From Syncephalis fuscata S228 (taxonomy: Eukaryota; Fungi; Zoopagomycota), in contig JAHLTZ010000008.1 of NCBI GenBank assembly GCA_025786725.1, positions 248,001-312,000 on the forward strand: DNA of 64,000 bases, written 5' to 3'. A program made the translations under genes and the position numbers. Under the pieces are notes generated by a model. The model had not been told where the DNA came from and did not search any database. It worked only from the letters and a program-made list of their open reading frames with translations. Below, piece after piece: positions 50,470 through 64,000 of this stretch (position 1 is the first letter of the stretch; the number at the start of each line of letters is the position of its first letter).

Positions 50470-53400
50470 CTAAGCTGCTTTACTTTGTTCATTTAACGTT
50501 GCTTGTTTCTTTCGTGACGCTAATGAATCAACGGATAATGCACCTCGTTTACCGTTTTGTTGTTCTGATGAGTCTCCCAAATCTAATTTGATTATTAATA
50601 ATACAAATGTATTAAGTATAATCAACCTACCACGTCTAATAAGATCAAGTAGATTAATGATCCATCTTTTGGTTGATCACCGTTATTTGGTGTCATATTA
50701 CTTGCTGGTGCTATTATAATATTAATATAACCAATATAAAGTGTTAAAATAAACTTACATAAAAACGAATTATTATTATTTAAAACGGATCCATTTTGTA
50801 TAGTTGAACCATTGGTCGTATCTATTTAAACAGTATAAGCGGTAATATTTAATTATATAAATGTCATACTTACTTGGATAGTTATTGGGGAAATAGTCTG
50901 GAACTAGATCTTTTTGAAGCATGACCTATTGATATATTTACATTAATACTTATGGTTGCTATTAATGATAAGCAGTAATGGTTACTTACCTCTTTAAGTA
51001 AAAGCATACGTTCCACAAGGGTCGACATACGATGATAATTAGCGATTTTACACGCTGCATCATAAGCAGCCGGTAAATGAAGCATACTACAAAGCTCCAA
51101 TGCTCTCTAAAATAATGGAGCAAGTAATAGTAAAATATACATTAGTATATACGTAGATCAGTCTATATTTATATACCTGAGTCTTTTCCGCTTTACATGC
51201 CGACTATAAACGAATGTATCAATATGACCATTCTTTAGTATGGTGCTGCACTTACTTGAATCATCATCAACGCCGTTTTATCTAATTCAGCCTGAAGCCG
51301 TGTTTGTCTAGTTGGATTTGCTTCATGGTCGCCCGTAGTTAACAATGTACGTAAACGCAAAAGTCTAAAATAAAATATTAATTCATTGATATATAAATCA
51401 TTCTTGTTACATATTAGCATTTTACTTACTTTTCCTCTTGTATCAATTCATTTGTCACTTCACTATTAAGAACCGGTAATTTCAAGTCAAGTTCATGAAT
51501 TATTGGTCGACTAAAACTAGGTATTGGACGATCACGCTACATGTATATAGATAGATAGATAGATATATTAGCTAAAGACATTATCTATTAATACTGCAAT
51601 AATACAACTTACTGGACATAGAATACAACTAAATTGTTGATCACTTAATCCTATAGGGAAATAGTACAATTGATCATTGCGTGTATCGGTTCGTTGATAG
51701 ACTGGCGTCCATCGCCCTTGTCCTAACTGATGATGGTGTACGAGTATGTAAATTGTATCCATATTGTCCATAACTGATGGTGCCTATAATTATAGGTTAC
51801 TTGTAAATATATTTACTAGTTGGGTAATTACTTACACCAACTTCACTAAAACCAATCCATTTTAGCCCTGTTTTTAATAATGGCAGATCGCCTGTTTGTA
51901 CAAACTGTGAATCACTTAGACGAACAATGGTGTATTTATGGATATCTATTCAACAATGTTAATTCAATAAGTTGTTTCATTCTATTTAAATAGCTATATT
52001 ACCCGATTGTGATGATGTCGCTACTATTAACGCATAGTCTCCGTAAGCAGCACAGGCAATGACATTGGGCAGTACAAATATTTCACGTTCAATTCCGGTC
52101 TTAGTAACTATATGAACCCAGTCATTTGAAAGACATAGTACAACATAGTGTTCGCTTGATGTCATAGCTAGTAAATGACCAATAAAGATTATTGATCATA
52201 TAGTAGATTGTACTTCACTGTTACCTTTTACATCAACTTCATCGGGTAGCGTTTTGGTCCATTCGTTGCTCGTTAAATGATCAAATGGACGATAATATAC
52301 AGATGCCAATTCATTATCTTTCGTATTATTAGCAAATAAACAAGCTTGTTCGCCTATTTCCCTTTTAATTAAACAATAATTTGTTATTAGCCATTTATTT
52401 GCTTACCCAAAACACCTAGTGTAAAATTACGATAATCAGTAAAATGAAATCCTCGAAAGGCGCCTTTATCATTGAATTCAACCCGTATCACTACATGATC
52501 ATCTTGTCGTACGCCAACAATATTGCCAATTGTATTATAGGCTATAAAATAGACAATATTTATATATTATATAGTTATCAGTTAATTGGTCAATTAATAT
52601 ATAACTCTAATGACTATTTACCAAAATAACGTCGACTATTAACCCATGATGTAGCGCCCAATTGTAATGGTGTAATCGCTAATTAAATATATTTGTAAGT
52701 CATTTATACTCTATTGTAATCAATATTTAATAATAAATACCTGTTTTCTGTTGATTTATATACTTGGTAGTTGATAAAGAAGGAACTGGAAACTTTTGTT
52801 TAACTACTGTTTCATTTAACGGTTCTTCTACTGAATTTGTATTCATTGTTATATCTTTCCGTTCCGTCTGTTCTGTATCCATCCAGTCATCTTCTTCCAT
52901 CATAGGTATATCAGCGACTAAATCAGCGGTATTTATATGCTGATTATCAAAAACATCTACAATATCGTTCGAATACAGCAATTGACCACGACGATCTGTC
53001 TAATGTATCTAAAAATGTTAGAATAACAAATAACTCATTGTCATGCTTATTACCAATGCTATTGAACCACGACTAGGATGCCATGAAAGATGTACAATTT
53101 TTGTACTATGATCGTATCTATAGTATTATAAAGCATTAATAAATAAATGAACATATTATTGCAGATTAAATCCTACTTGTGGCATACTCGGGCTTCTTCT
53201 GTATCATTTTGTAATATAAGTAATTTACAATCTTGATTATAAATGGCAATATGTCCTGAATGAGACCAAACTACACCAGCAATTGGCTAGTATGACAATT
53301 AACATTAATAGTCTTTTTATAACGATAACCTACTTTATCAAGATAAGCATTTGAACGTAATCTTTGTAATTCACTCGTTAAAGGCACAATCATAATTCCT

Positions 53401-54434
53401 AAATACCATTCTAATTAATTATATCTACCAATATTATTTAAGTAATAGTACCAGATGCACCAGATGCAGCAAATCTATCACCACTAGGTGCCCAACTAAT
53501 TGACTGGGATCCACCATGATTTCTATATATACATATACATATACATATATACACATATATTTATGAATATTAGTATTACAATTGATATAGTTATAGTATA
53601 ATATAATAAATAAAAATCACTTACGCAAATATACCAGTATGAACAAGACTTGTCCATTGTTTAACACAAGTAAAAATGTCATTTTCTTCCCTCCAAAGAC
53701 GTACTTCACCCGAGGTATCAACCGATAACTATAATATAGTATAATATAAATAATATAATATATTAATACTCTATAGTAATATATTCTATTCTCCTACCAA
53801 CTCATTAGTATTAGGGGCAAATTTAACACAACTAATCGGTTTAGTATGACCACGTAATTTGGTCACTTCTCTTGATTCTTCAATATGTTTAATAGAAATA
53901 CTTGGATCTCTATTCATTCAACCACCATTAACTATAATACTACAATAAACTATATTAATACATACTCTGTGGCTATAGCAATTAGCTGTCCATCATGACT
54001 AGTTGAAATATCTTTGACAGATAGATTACAGCGTGCAAGTAATTTAACAAATTCAAGACTAGGATAAGCAAAACAAGTAACTGTTCTATCCTCGGATCCA
54101 ACGATAAGTAGTTCTTTCTATAAATAGTCGCTATTGTTAGTTATACAATTGGCGCCTATATTGTATATAACTTACTGTTGTAGTAATACAGGTGATTTGA
54201 CTTGTATGATACTCTAGTGTGCGTGCTTCTTCATCCCGTTCCTCATCAGACGTAGCGAACATACGCACCAGCATATCTTCGCCAGCCGTAAATACATGTC
54301 TATAATAAAGATACGTTTAAATAGTGCCATTTTAACAAGATACCAACTTACCGGCCAGATAATGCATGTGTCGCTATAGTAAATCCCTCTGAATGAGCAA
54401 ACCGAGGCTGTGTTTTGTCCATTTGATCACTCAT
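50470..54434 (-). CDS. CTF4: Ctf4/Mcl1/AND-1 (WDHD1) replisome hub, WD40 + SepB domain
   Basis: MSDQMDKTQPRFAHSEG...VFTAGEDMLVR; LRGHTKPISCVKFAP; QLGATSWVNSRRYF; VEFNDKGAFRGFHFTD; LKWIGFSE; ELDKTALMMIQ/SACK...RALELCSMLH. Stop at 50470-50472 is inferred. Confidence 0.93.
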
Positions 54435-54937
54435 AATGATAGTATTCAACTATACTTGATCCAATTGAAAAAAGCTAAAATAAAAAGTAGCGTACTTGAA
54501 TAGAGAAGAGGAATAGTAAACGCATTATTTTATCTTTTGTCTTTGTTAATTATCGACGTGTCTTCACGCGCCTTTTCATCGCGTCTCCAATTGGATATTC
54601 ATTCAAACCGAACTGGTTCAATCACTTTAAAAGTTAAAACCGTCACCATCAATTTGTCATTACACCACTTGTCATCATTCATTATAGTAGAGTGATTGAT
54701 TGATTAATTGATTGGTACAGTGAGAGAATAGATAAAAGTCTATACGACTCACTTACTCACTCATCTGTATACATAAAGCTGCCACCCTTATTCATTCTTG
54801 TGTTTATCGTGGTTCATTACGGTCATTACCTTAAATTGACTAATAACGACCACGGACAAGGTCATTATCTACACTTCATTCCGCATCGGTACTTATCGGT
54901 ACGCGCTACGGCGTGTTTTTAACCGCCTTATACTACG

Positions 54938-57900
54938 ATGATTGTTACCGAAGGGTTTGATGAAGTACTTGATTTAGGGAGAGTTTATGCGAATGGCTTG
55001 CATTCACTGCGATTATTTCGAATTCGTAATCGGCAGTCGTACGCGGTTGAAGTACGGCTTCAATCTGATCTAGACGGACAGATTGCGTTCCAAACGTCGA
55101 ATGAAAACTTAAATTTACTACTTTCTGCATTACGGGAACATGTTACGCTAAATAGCAGCCAAGTACTTAATTGGACGACCAATACAGTCGATGCAACTGA
55201 AAAATCAATTAATATACTTGGAGATGATGCGGCAGAACGACAATTTAACTTGTTATTCAATTATGTCAATACGGTTAAGAATATCGTACTGGCTCCCTAT
55301 GAATGTCGCGACTTGGTACTTTCATTCTTACCCGCAGATGTACCCGATAAAATACCCACTATTCATCGACATGTAGAAGAGGATACAGATGATTTACGTC
55401 GCGATAAACTTGATACGCGCCATGATCAACTATCGGATGATTTAATGGCCTCAAGTGATCAACAGCAGAGTCGCTATCAAATGCCACGTAAAGATAATTA
55501 TGATAGTGATCACACAGGATCAGGTACGGCTACTGATGTACCCAATATAAATGGTCATTTCCATGATAATAAGCATCACCGTACTAATCGTACTTTTACC
55601 AATACAACTTCACCACCTGAAGCACAAACATTCGACCAAGAAGAGTCGTTTTTCTATCATGATGTGCAAGGTTCTATCTATTTTCTTGTTTATCCACTCG
55701 AACAGAATGGTATTACACGCTCTGTTGACGCGGTATCAACTCAAATGGACCGTCGTATTTCAGTGGCCCCACCGGCGTTTGTTAAATCAGTTCACGTGTC
55801 GGCCCGTGTTTGTCGATCTTTTCTATGGTCGGATATTAGCGGTACTGTGCTTAGTCTACCCGATGGTATACCTGGCGAAACCCATGTTAAAGACTTTACC
55901 GTATGGAATCGATCGGAAATTGATTTGTATTATCGATTGGATGCCACACAAATTGGTGCCACTTCTCGTCGCGCCACCGATGAACTGTCATTTATCGATG
56001 CTGATACGGGCGATCCAGTAGGACAGCGGCCCATTCCTGGGTTTGGTCATCGTCGTTTACGGGCCACTTTCTGCCCCAATAATGTTGGCACATTTGCCTT
56101 TGATATTCGTTTAGAGAATGAAAATGATGCCTATAACTCTGAAGAGGCGCGTATTCAAGCAGTGGTCAAGTCATTGGCCGGCAGTGCATCGCTGGTCGTT
56201 AACGAAGAAGCACTCGATTTTGGTGTTTGTTATAGTGGACATGGATATAGCCGTACTTTTGTAGTGAAGAATGTAAGTGAACTACCGGTTGAAGTTCATT
56301 TACAGGCTCAGGATGCCAATATACGCTTTTATCCTGTGGTAAAAGAAGCCATGTCCGATGAATCAACCACTGGCCACGACAATAGATCGACCAATATAAT
56401 GGCAGTAACGGTGGCAGTGGAGGACAACGGGATACAACGAGTAATTTACACGGTGATATGGATTTAATGGGTGGTTCAACACTACCCCATAGTCATACCA
56501 GCAATAGTAACACTATGAACACGACTATGACAACGAGTAATACGATGAATACTTCAACCGTTAATAACAGTATTTCAAGTGGTAAAGGTAATACGGGAAA
56601 TACTATACGTTCACCACCACCTATGGAACCAATTGAAGAGTTGTTAGTAAAGCCTGGCGTGGAACGTACTATTATGGCCACGTATACACCACGACTTGAT
56701 GCATCTTCAACTGACTATCAAGCAGGTCGATTACTACGACGTACTTTCCGTATCCAATTATCAATATCGTCATCTGCACCTGGCTTTTCCGTACCTAAAG
56801 CGTATAAAGTTATTCAATGTCGTGCCAAAGCATGTACTTCATTTATCGGCACTAGTACATCGATTGTTAATTTCGGTGATACAGATGTGGGTGTGCTCAA
56901 GTCACTACCTTTGATTATTACCAATTATTCTGAATTGCCGGCCCAAGTCCAAATTCGTTTTGCTTCTAAGATTCTTACTTGTGATCGTCAACAAATTTCT
57001 ATTCCACCAAAACAATCACAAGAAGTAAAGTTTGAAATTTATCCACGTAAAGTAAATCCAGAATATCGTAAACAAATCGAGTAAGTGAATTAATAATATT
57101 AATATTATTAATACTAATACTAATTTGATTAACTTTATTAATAGAATTGTTAATTTGAATCATCGTCAAGATAATCAAATTGTTGAAGTTAAAAGTACTA
57201 ATGTCGACCGTAAAGGTGTTAGTTTCCATTCTTTATTCTATCGTGTCATTACTGCACCTGGTATTAATTACCTTGACTTTGGTACTGTTATTGGTGGTGC
57301 ATCAGCTGTACGTACTATGATGATTGACAATATTAGTGGTGAAGAACTTGTTTTAAATCTATCAACATCAGATTCAGAACACATTCAAGTGTTTACAGTA
57401 GCTGATGATATGCCGGATCAGTTTCAATCATTAATAGATACGCTAGAACCATCATTATTACCTCAATCAACAAATGCACTTGTTCGTACTAGTTCTCCTA
57501 CTTCATTGGATGTATCATCTACTGTTTATTTGCAACAACAACAACAACAAGCATACAGCAAATACAGCAACAGCAACAACCACAGCAACAACTACAGCAG
57601 CAACCACAGCAGCAACAACAACACAACAACAACATTCATCAGTATCAGAATTCCGTTCTACTATTGCTGCTTTACGTAATCATTCTACATTACCTGTTCC
57701 ACAACCTATTATGACATCTGCATCGTCAACGGCTGAAGATACACGAAGAAGTACACGTTTGGACTACCAACCTGTAGAAACATTGGATTTCCTTGATTTA
57801 GCACTACCAGTTATACTTGGTCGTAAATCACAACGGCGTCTTCGTCGTCGTATGGCTGATCAAGGTCGTCGTATTGCCGGTGTTCGACCACAGAATCAAG

Positions 57901-60900
57901 GTATATCAACGACATTTAATGATATGATATTGAACAGTACAGCATTTACATCCACTGCCACTGCTAATGCAGCAACACGTCATCGTACTAGAGAAGAAAG
58001 ACCCATGACTACTACAGTTGCATCTAATATTGATCAAAATGCATCATCTACACCTTTATTAGCATCAGCCATTGTGGCTCAAACGATAGCTTCTACGACC
58101 ATGCCTACTACTACTGGTAGTACTGCTACTACTACTACTGGTACTGCTACTGGTAGTACTGCTACTAGTAATACTGGTAATACGATTGGTAATATAGAAG
58201 CAAATACCACATCCAATACCACTTTAGATTATGCCAATGAATCCAGTATAAACCAACGGCGTAATGAACAAGCAGATATTATATGGAATAAGGTATTACT
58301 GCTGAACGAGAACTTAATGCAGCAGCACCACCTGTATTCCCCTCTCAATTAGCAGAAGAATCCTTTGTACAAGAACAAATGGCTTTACGGTCACAACTCC
58401 GTAAATATATAGATGACCATCGACTTGTATCCATAACCGCCAATCTTATCGTTAATGCCAGTAGCAAACGACGACTTATGGTTCTTTATGAACCAATTGC
58501 TCCATCATCTAGAAACGATACTACGACATTGAATAATCCACGTGTCGATATACTCGAGCATGTTAATATTCGGCTTGTTAAATTCAATAAGGATACTGTA
58601 GAACCATGCAACGAGTCAATCAAAGGATTAAACGACGAAGACTTTGCCATTCCTGTCCGTCAAGTATCATTAAAGGCTAGACTACGACAAATTCATTGGG
58701 AAATTGGTCAACGTAGTATTAATCTAGGCCCTATTGGTAAAGAAGAACGCCGTACCAACGTCATTACTATTCGAAATAGAGGCGAAGTACCTTTATTATA
58801 TACGTTAAAGAAATCAGGCTCCGTTCTATCGAGTGATATATCATTCCGTAGTGGTGGTCAATCCGGTGTAGTACGTGGATTCAGTATACGAGAAGTCGAA
58901 TTTGTGTATCAACCCAGTTTAAGTGGTGACTTTTCTGAAAAGATTATTGTGGAAAATGTACTTGATCCAAGTAATAATGGTGCGGTGTTGGTTAAAGCAT
59001 TTGTACGTAAACCAACCCACTTTTACGTAAAACCGACGGAAATTGATCTGGGTCCTTGTCTATTGGGTGGTGAGACGGCATCTATTTGCAGTGCATTAAT
59101 GATCACCAATACCGACTACCAAACGCGTACTTTTGTGGCCAAAGTTGAAAGAATCCGCTATAAAGAATTTACCGGAGAGATTAAATTCCGTATTGAGCGT
59201 AGTGATGGCAGTCTAGATGGTACCGGTGCTTTACTAAGCGAAGATGCCCAAGAAAAGATTGAATCATTGGAGCAAAAGATGAAAATTGCTCGTCGTAAGG
59301 GTAGATCGGACAAAGTAAAGAAACTTGAAGATAAACTGGATCGATTACGTCGTGGCACACCCGATGAACCAGACGTCGGTCAAGATTTGGAAGAAGATGA
59401 ACTTGACGGTGAAGAGGAAGTAGACACGACACCTACTACCAACAAATTGAACACCAATGACTCTAACGATGTAGACACCGATACGCCAATAACTGATATT
59501 ATCGATGAAGCACCAATTAAAGTTATTAAAGTCGCACCTGAAAGTATTACCTTCTCGTTAAATGGTCGTACTACAGAAAAACTGTGGATTACGCTAAGTA
59601 CCACACCATTAGTAGATACAGTTACTGATGATGAATCCGTTCAAGATACACCAACCAATACATTGGAGATGGAACAAAAGGTTACGGGTATGATTACTGT
59701 TCATGAGCATAAGAATGCCGATGTATCACAACAAATCACTTTTATGGCTCAAGTATTTAGACAATTAAGTGACTATCAAGTAGCATTAACCGCATGGCGT
59801 ATGATGTATCCACGGGCCATCGATGATATTCTATCCGATACTGATTCTATTTCAACTGCCCTATCACAACCACAATTACTAGAGAATACATCGAATGTTA
59901 TTAGTAATAACCATATGAATATGAATATGAACAGTATTGGGCCATTGGTTGATACTACATCGAATACGAATACGAATACGAATACAGCCACTACTTCTAT
60001 TAGTAACACACCCACTACTACTCATCCATCTAAATCACCTTTACTTGTAGATGGTATGAATACAACGACATATTCAACTCATATTCTAGTTCATCCCACC
60101 AAATTACTATCAGCTATTAAGTGTGGCGATACTACAGCTTATACCATCTATTTAACCAATTCAACCGATTCTGTTAAATCTATTAGTATTCAATGGCCTT
60201 CATCAACATCCGCTATGACTATTACACCACTATTAGAAGTAGATGATCCATCGACGGTTCAACTAGATATTAATGAAAAGCGATCTATTACATTCAATGT
60301 ACATGTATCCACACTTGGATGGCATATCTCAACGATTACGCTATTCGATCAAGAGGATCAATGGACAGAATCGATTGGCGTTCAATGTTATGCGCATATG
60401 GAACGATTACTTTATTTCCCTTCATTGGCGTCAACCCACACATCGAATGATACGATGAATGATGGTCAATCTAGTCAGAGTCAAGATAAAGAAGACAACA
60501 TACTACGGGCAATACTAATATTGTTGGCAAGGAGGATGCATTGTCACTTGATCTTGGTTTCTGTTATGTTGATGGTAACAAATATGCACAAATTGTTCCA
60601 TTAATGGTGGCCAGCCACGCCAACGATGAATTACTACTGAGTTGTCAAAGTAATTTATCCCAAGTATTGGTGTTTCTAGATAGTCATGGCACACGTCCGG
60701 CCACTCAAGTGCCTATTAAAGCCAATGGAGTTATTACACTATGGATAGCCGTACAACCCACACTTACGACAACCAATCGAGGTGAATCACGTGATCGAGA
60801 TGGTGATATCCGTCGATTAATTGGTGGATTACGCTTTACACTAACCACTAATTGTATGTTAAATGAGGATGATGATGAGGATGGTGGTGGTGGTGAAGAA

Positions 60901-63900
60901 GAACAGTCATTGTCACTTGGATCACAAATACTACGATTTACCGCGTCAATTGGTCGATCGATGTTAAAACTATCACATCGTATTATTTATCTCGGATGGA
61001 CCTCTGTATTAGATGAACACTTTTACGGTCATTTATCGGTCATTAATGCATCGGCACGGGTACCTGCTGCTTATCGGTTGGACTGTTCAGGTGGCAGTTT
61101 ATCATTGGATCGTAGTTCAGGTACACTGGCCGTTGAAGGCAGTAATAGTCCATCTGAAGCCATGATTCATTTTCGTATGAATAGTTCACGTTATGGATTA
61201 TTAACTGAAATGATATCTGTTACTAATGTTCATAATCCACAACAAGTATTAGAGGCTAAAGTACAGCTACTCGTCGATGATGAACGATTAATGATGCGAC
61301 TCGATCAACATGAATCATCCACTGAAATGAACGATCAAAGTGATAATGATCGATTATATACATTACCTCAATTAACCTGGGATTGTATGCCAGTCATTGT
61401 ATCTGAAGTCGCCACTTCAATTGACGGTGTCACTAAGAAGCGTGTCCAATGGATACTTAAAGAGAAAGAAGGAGAAGGAGAAGGAGAAGGAGATGAAGAA
61501 GAAGAAAGAAAAGATAATGACCATACTGGAATAAGAGATCAAAAGATTCAATTAGAGAATATGACCGATCAACCTATTGTATTCACGGCGACCAGTGATC
61601 TTAATCAAGCTATTCGATGGACTGGATCTGTTGTATCTAATAACCATAATGGTGATGGTGAAGAGGTTGACGGTGACTATTGGTTATTACCACCTAGACG
61701 TGTATCAACTCTAGTGGTGAGTTGTGTTGATCCAAGTCGATGGATCGATTCAACCAAGAATTTGGAACGAGGTGAACAAGTAACAGTAACGGGTCTACTT
61801 CAAATACGGGATATTGAACATAATAGAGTATTGAAGGCATTGACGGTACATATGCCATTTGGTGTATCGAGAGGACAGATTAAAGAACCGGAAATCGATT
61901 TGGGTCAAGTTGGTTATGTGAATTCATGGCAATCAGTTAGAGCCAGTGGTCAATTGACTAATTTGTCACCACTACCACTACGCTACGCCATTGAATCACC
62001 ACCATTTATTACACCTATTAACGATGGCGATACAGACGAGGTGATCGATCCATTTGGTCATCGTGAATTGGTGTTTGAATTGCAGCCTGATCAGTTAAAG
62101 GACAGTTTGGCGGGTGAAGCACGATATGAAATACGTATCCACAATTTACAGAATCCAGCCAACACCATGTCGATTTGGATACGTGTTGATATGACCACCT
62201 TTGATCTACGCTTTGAACGACTACATAATAACGATGAATTGCTATTGCCCAGTCTACAATATCCGACGATTACCGCATCCGTACCGTGTGATGCATGGTT
62301 TAAGGTCATTAATACATCGGCTCAAGATATTCGATTTGATATTGGTACGGAAAAGTCTACGCAAGTGGATGATTTTGTTAGACTCGATGTATTATCGCGC
62401 TTCTCAAACTCTCCTCTAAAAGGTGGCGTCTCTTTATCGCCTAATGGATCGATTGAAGTACGTGTTGTCGCATCATTAAGACCTGGTGTTCGATTACCGA
62501 GTGAAATGCGCTCTATTATTGTACGACAAACGCCAATTATTTTGGGTAAAATATGGGTCACAACACAACCTGCTTCATCCGATACAACAACCACTCGACT
62601 AACTGAAGATATTACTGTAAGAGGCAGTATTACCGAAACATGTGCTTTTAGTATCGTAGAGAAAGTGACACAACTATCGTTACTTATGAGTGATGATCCA
62701 TCGTCGCGATTAAATGAAACAACCTCGGCCCAATTTGCTATTCATAATTTGTCTAAAGATTTAGACTTTTCATTTAGAATGGTATTAGAGAATCCACCGG
62801 GTATTCCATTATCGCAGTTACTACTTATTGATCCACCATTACTGGAAGAAGAAGATGTTGGTAGTGTTCGACCGGAAGAACAATTAACATTTCGATGTTG
62901 GTTAAGATCGAGTACAAAACATCGATTACCCGATGCTATTCGTATTTGTATTGTTGATATGCACGCATTAACAGAACAGTCTTTGATATTAACTTTACGA
63001 GTACCGGCTATGGCTAAACGATCAGTGCCTAATACTGCTGCTAATACTACTACTACTACACCTGCTTCACCTTCTGTAGCATCTTCATCATCATCGATGA
63101 CCAATATCGCTACTAGTAATTCTACTATTAACAATACAAGTGGTATTAGTAGTACATTAAGTGGTAGTTTTAGAACATCGCCATTATTGCCACCACCATC
63201 TACACCGGCACCTCCTGTGCTTACCTCATCTGTTACTTCTTCGTTAATTATACCTAGTACAAGTAGTGTATCGACTACAACAACTAGTGCGGCCATTGCT
63301 ATAGCTACTGCATCTACACGTTCAACTAGTTCAATACCTCCTATGTTATCGGCATCAACATCGCCCACCTCACCTCTACTACTATTGTCGTCTTCACCGT
63401 CATCGTCACCGTCACTATCATCAACACCATTAACAACACCAATTCCATTCTATGCCAATTCACCATTAATACGCGATGAAGAGTCGCCTAGTGAACAGCA
63501 ACAACAACAAGCAGAGTCGCGTCATATGCCTGCTTATTTAACGATACGTGGATGTCGTCGGATTGATGAAGATCCAAATCGATTTGAACTTGATTTGGGT
63601 CAACTAAATGTCGGATCACCGGCCGTGGTAAAATCAATGGTATTAACACGTAGTACGGCATCGATGTCGACGGGACAGCCTTTTTTTACCGATGGTATTC
63701 CATATACACTATGTATTATACCGGCCAGTAGTGCTTCATGGTTATCGGTGAATAGAACACGTGGTAGATTAGGTGCTAGTAGTCATTACTACGACGCATC
63801 AACGAGTACTAGTCACGATGAAGAGAACAACGAGCAAACACTAACTATTACGGCTATTCCAGGTGAAATTAGTGTATTCACTGCGCATATTGTTATTGAA

Positions 63901-64000
63901 TCATCGCGTGATCCTACGCACCGTATTATGATTCGTGTTAATATGGAAGTAAGTAATTATTGCTATTTATATTATTATTACTATTTATATTAATAATATA
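54938..64000 (+). CDS. Giant uncharacterised protein with tandem Ig-like (ASH/MSP/PapD-like) domains and Thr/Ser/Asn-rich linkers; continues beyond the window
   Basis: About 9 kb of nearly continuous coding sequence (intron 57081-57144; donor at 63949). Recurrent [LI]-[DN]-[FL]-G...x-N motifs (VLDLG, ALDFG, VNFGD, YLDFG, INLGP, IDLGP, LDLGF, IDLGQ, LDLGQ). Four frame breaks (~56395, ~57520, ~58290, ~60500) lack obvious introns. Confidence 0.8.

Noticed and set aside
1-54434. Functional clustering of Mms22-like and CTF4 (interacting replication factors)
   Set aside because: They are 46 kb apart with unrelated genes between; most likely coincidence.
62742-63368. 208-aa antisense ORF
   Set aside because: Shadow of the Ser/Thr/Pro-rich linker of the giant plus-strand gene.
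1-64000. CRISPR arrays, rRNA, tRNA or prokaryotic defence systems
   Set aside because: Intron-rich eukaryotic sequence; I recognised no repeat-spacer array or structural RNA by eye (tRNAscan/Infernal not run).

Overview
AT-rich, gene-dense eukaryotic nuclear DNA with many short (about 45-160 nt) spliceosomal introns. Gene content and style point to an early-diverging fungus; a Zoopagomycota/Syncephalis-like origin is my inference. Genes in order: Mms22/Mus7-like (5'-truncated), importin-5/Pse1, a homologue of the p2 subunit of the 6mA methyltransferase complex MTA1c, COX13, ISU1 (with a cluster of iron-GATA sites upstream), a PHP-domain membrane protein, a RING-H2 E3 ligase, an SLC35F6-like transporter, then a 21.6-kb nested inverted-repeat locus, then HEATR5/LAA1, CTF4 and a >2,900-codon uncharacterised Ig-like/ASH-repeat protein running off the right end. 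The inverted-repeat locus has the layout [F-box A1(-), B1(+), B2(+)] - DAM1, Grainyhead - [B3(-), A2(+)]. Its three B-type F-box genes share a near-identical promoter and N-terminus but have divergent, mosaic C-termini, a candidate recombination/gene-conversion diversification system. Three candidate U12-type (minor spliceosome) introns are present. Single-base homopolymer deletions also hit essential genes, so the apparent frameshifts are probably consensus errors rather than pseudogenisation.
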